DNA of 48,651 bases, counting the filler, from Jimgerdemannia flammicorona (Eukaryota), in the NCBI GenBank assembly GCA_003990765.1. It is 2 parts of 2 records of this genome, joined end to end, with 100 filler letters (N's around TTAATTAATTAA, not from the genome) between each part and the next. Parts side by side here need not be neighbours in the genome. Positions count along the whole stretch, not along the records: positions 24,379 to 48,651 come from RBNJ01000995.1; 1 more part is not named here. One strand, written 5' to 3'. The position numbers were made by a program, and so were the translations under genes. The notes under the pieces are model-generated. The model searched no databases. It saw nothing but the letters and a program-made list of their open reading frames with translations, and was not told where the DNA came from. Shown piece after piece: positions 47,517 to 48,651 of this stretch. Positions within the stretch are counted from its first letter, which is position 1; every line of letters begins with the position of its first letter.

Positions 47517-48651
47517 GCTCCTTTCTCCGCTACCTTACCAGTCACAAGGTTTGGTAGGCAACCTTCCGAGTCCCCTTTCCCCTAATATTACCCCCTCTAC
47601 CTCGGGTTGGTTTGCTGTGCCTGTAGGGGCATAGTGAGAGGAGGGCAATGGTGATGAGTTGCCCCTTTATCAGTGTTGGATCGGTGCTTCCTCCACTTTT
47701 TCGTGGATTCTGGTGCCTTTAGCTACGTCTGGGGTGTACCTGTTTTGGTGTGGCGCCTTCTTCCTTTTGCCGTCGCCAACAAGGAGTTATCTCGGTGTGT
47801 CTCGGGCTACGTAGGGAGTCGGCCGACCTTGGGCGTCAAGTGCTCAGTGTAGGTTACCTGCAGGTCCTCGGTGCCTGTGGTGGGGCCCTCTGGCTTTGGC
47901 GAGCTTCCTGGCGAGTGCGGTTCTGGCATAGGTGACTGCTTTTCAGGTATTGTCGGGATGGGAGGGGAGATGGCCGTCACAGATAGGTGGAAGGGCGATT
48001 ACAGTGAACCAGTAGGGTGCCAGGCTGGGGGCAGTCATCGGGGCTGGGGCAGGTGCTGCTTTGGTGGGGCCTTTTGATTGGTGTGGCGCGGTTAGGTGGT
48101 AGGTGTCACTCTCGGCTTCTTTTGGCAGGTAGCGGGGTGAGGCCCCAGTCATCAGGGGGGGTCGGGGGGCCCGAGGCTACCTATTTCAGGTGTCTTGGCT
48201 GCACTCAACTGGAACTGGGAGCTGACATGGCAACGTGATTGAGGCCCGCAGGCTTGAGTAGTGGGGTATTGGGGGTCTCCTCCCGCCTCACGTGTAAGTC
48301 CTTTACTCACCTCAACTGAGAGAACCAGGCCCTACCCACCGTGTTGTGCTTTGATGAGGGTTTTTTATTTGCCTGTCATTCTCTTTGGGGTGGCAGGGGC
48401 TATTCTATTCAGCTCGGGCATGGCCTTATACATACGATGGGTTCTCGGGCATGTGCTTTCGGTCGTTGGCATATGGTTGAGTTTCCCCTGGTGGTAGGAA
48501 GAGCATGGTGCGCAGAATGAGGTGCGGGCTTATCAGCCCTGCTGCGCCTGGCATGGTCGAGCTGCTGGACAATAGCTAGCCTAGGTTAATGGGGGGGCAG
48601 TGCTTGGTGGGTGGTGGGGGAGGGTTTTGGCCTATATAGTCTAGGTTCCCT
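47517..48651 (+). mobile_element. About 1.19-kb non-coding retroposon, CpG-rich copy inserted in family E RT (3' end outside window)
   Basis: Collinear with 11475-12615; interrupts RT next to the YIDD motif. Confidence 0.82.

Noticed and set aside
47750..48497. Short ORFs in the 1.19-kb retroposon
   Set aside because: No recognisable motifs, overlapping frames expected in GC-rich DNA, and not conserved in the other copy.

Overview
Eukaryotic, very probably fungal, transposon graveyard. The fungal call rests on chromoviruses, a 50-bp GTATGT..CTAG intron and a PMC1-like ATPase relic. No intact host gene is present, and there is one artificial assembly spacer at 24279-24378. Contents: at least five Ty3/Gypsy lineages (called A, B, C, E, F here), one near-complete L1/Tx1-like LINE plus two 3' fragments, two copies of a ~1.2-kb non-coding retroposon (poly(A) seen in one), a Ty1/Copia relic, a hAT transposase relic, a young hAT foldback MITE, several tandem arrays, and a decayed intron-containing duplicate of a PMCA/PMC1-type Ca2+-ATPase gene. 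Decay is dominated by C>T/G>A transitions, graded by nesting age (RIP-like or methylation-driven). The most interesting signal is the Gypsy A/B group. It has a Cys/His module plus dUTPase between protease and RT, an apparently separate integrase ORF, 4-bp targets centred on TA, and an uncharacterised accessory ORF (ORF3). ORF3 lies between pol and the PPT in family A but inside a ~1.5-kb LTR in family B. The LTR of chromovirus family E seems to have absorbed an integrase C-terminus in a similar way. All calls come from manual reading and translation, and boundaries of decayed features are approximate.
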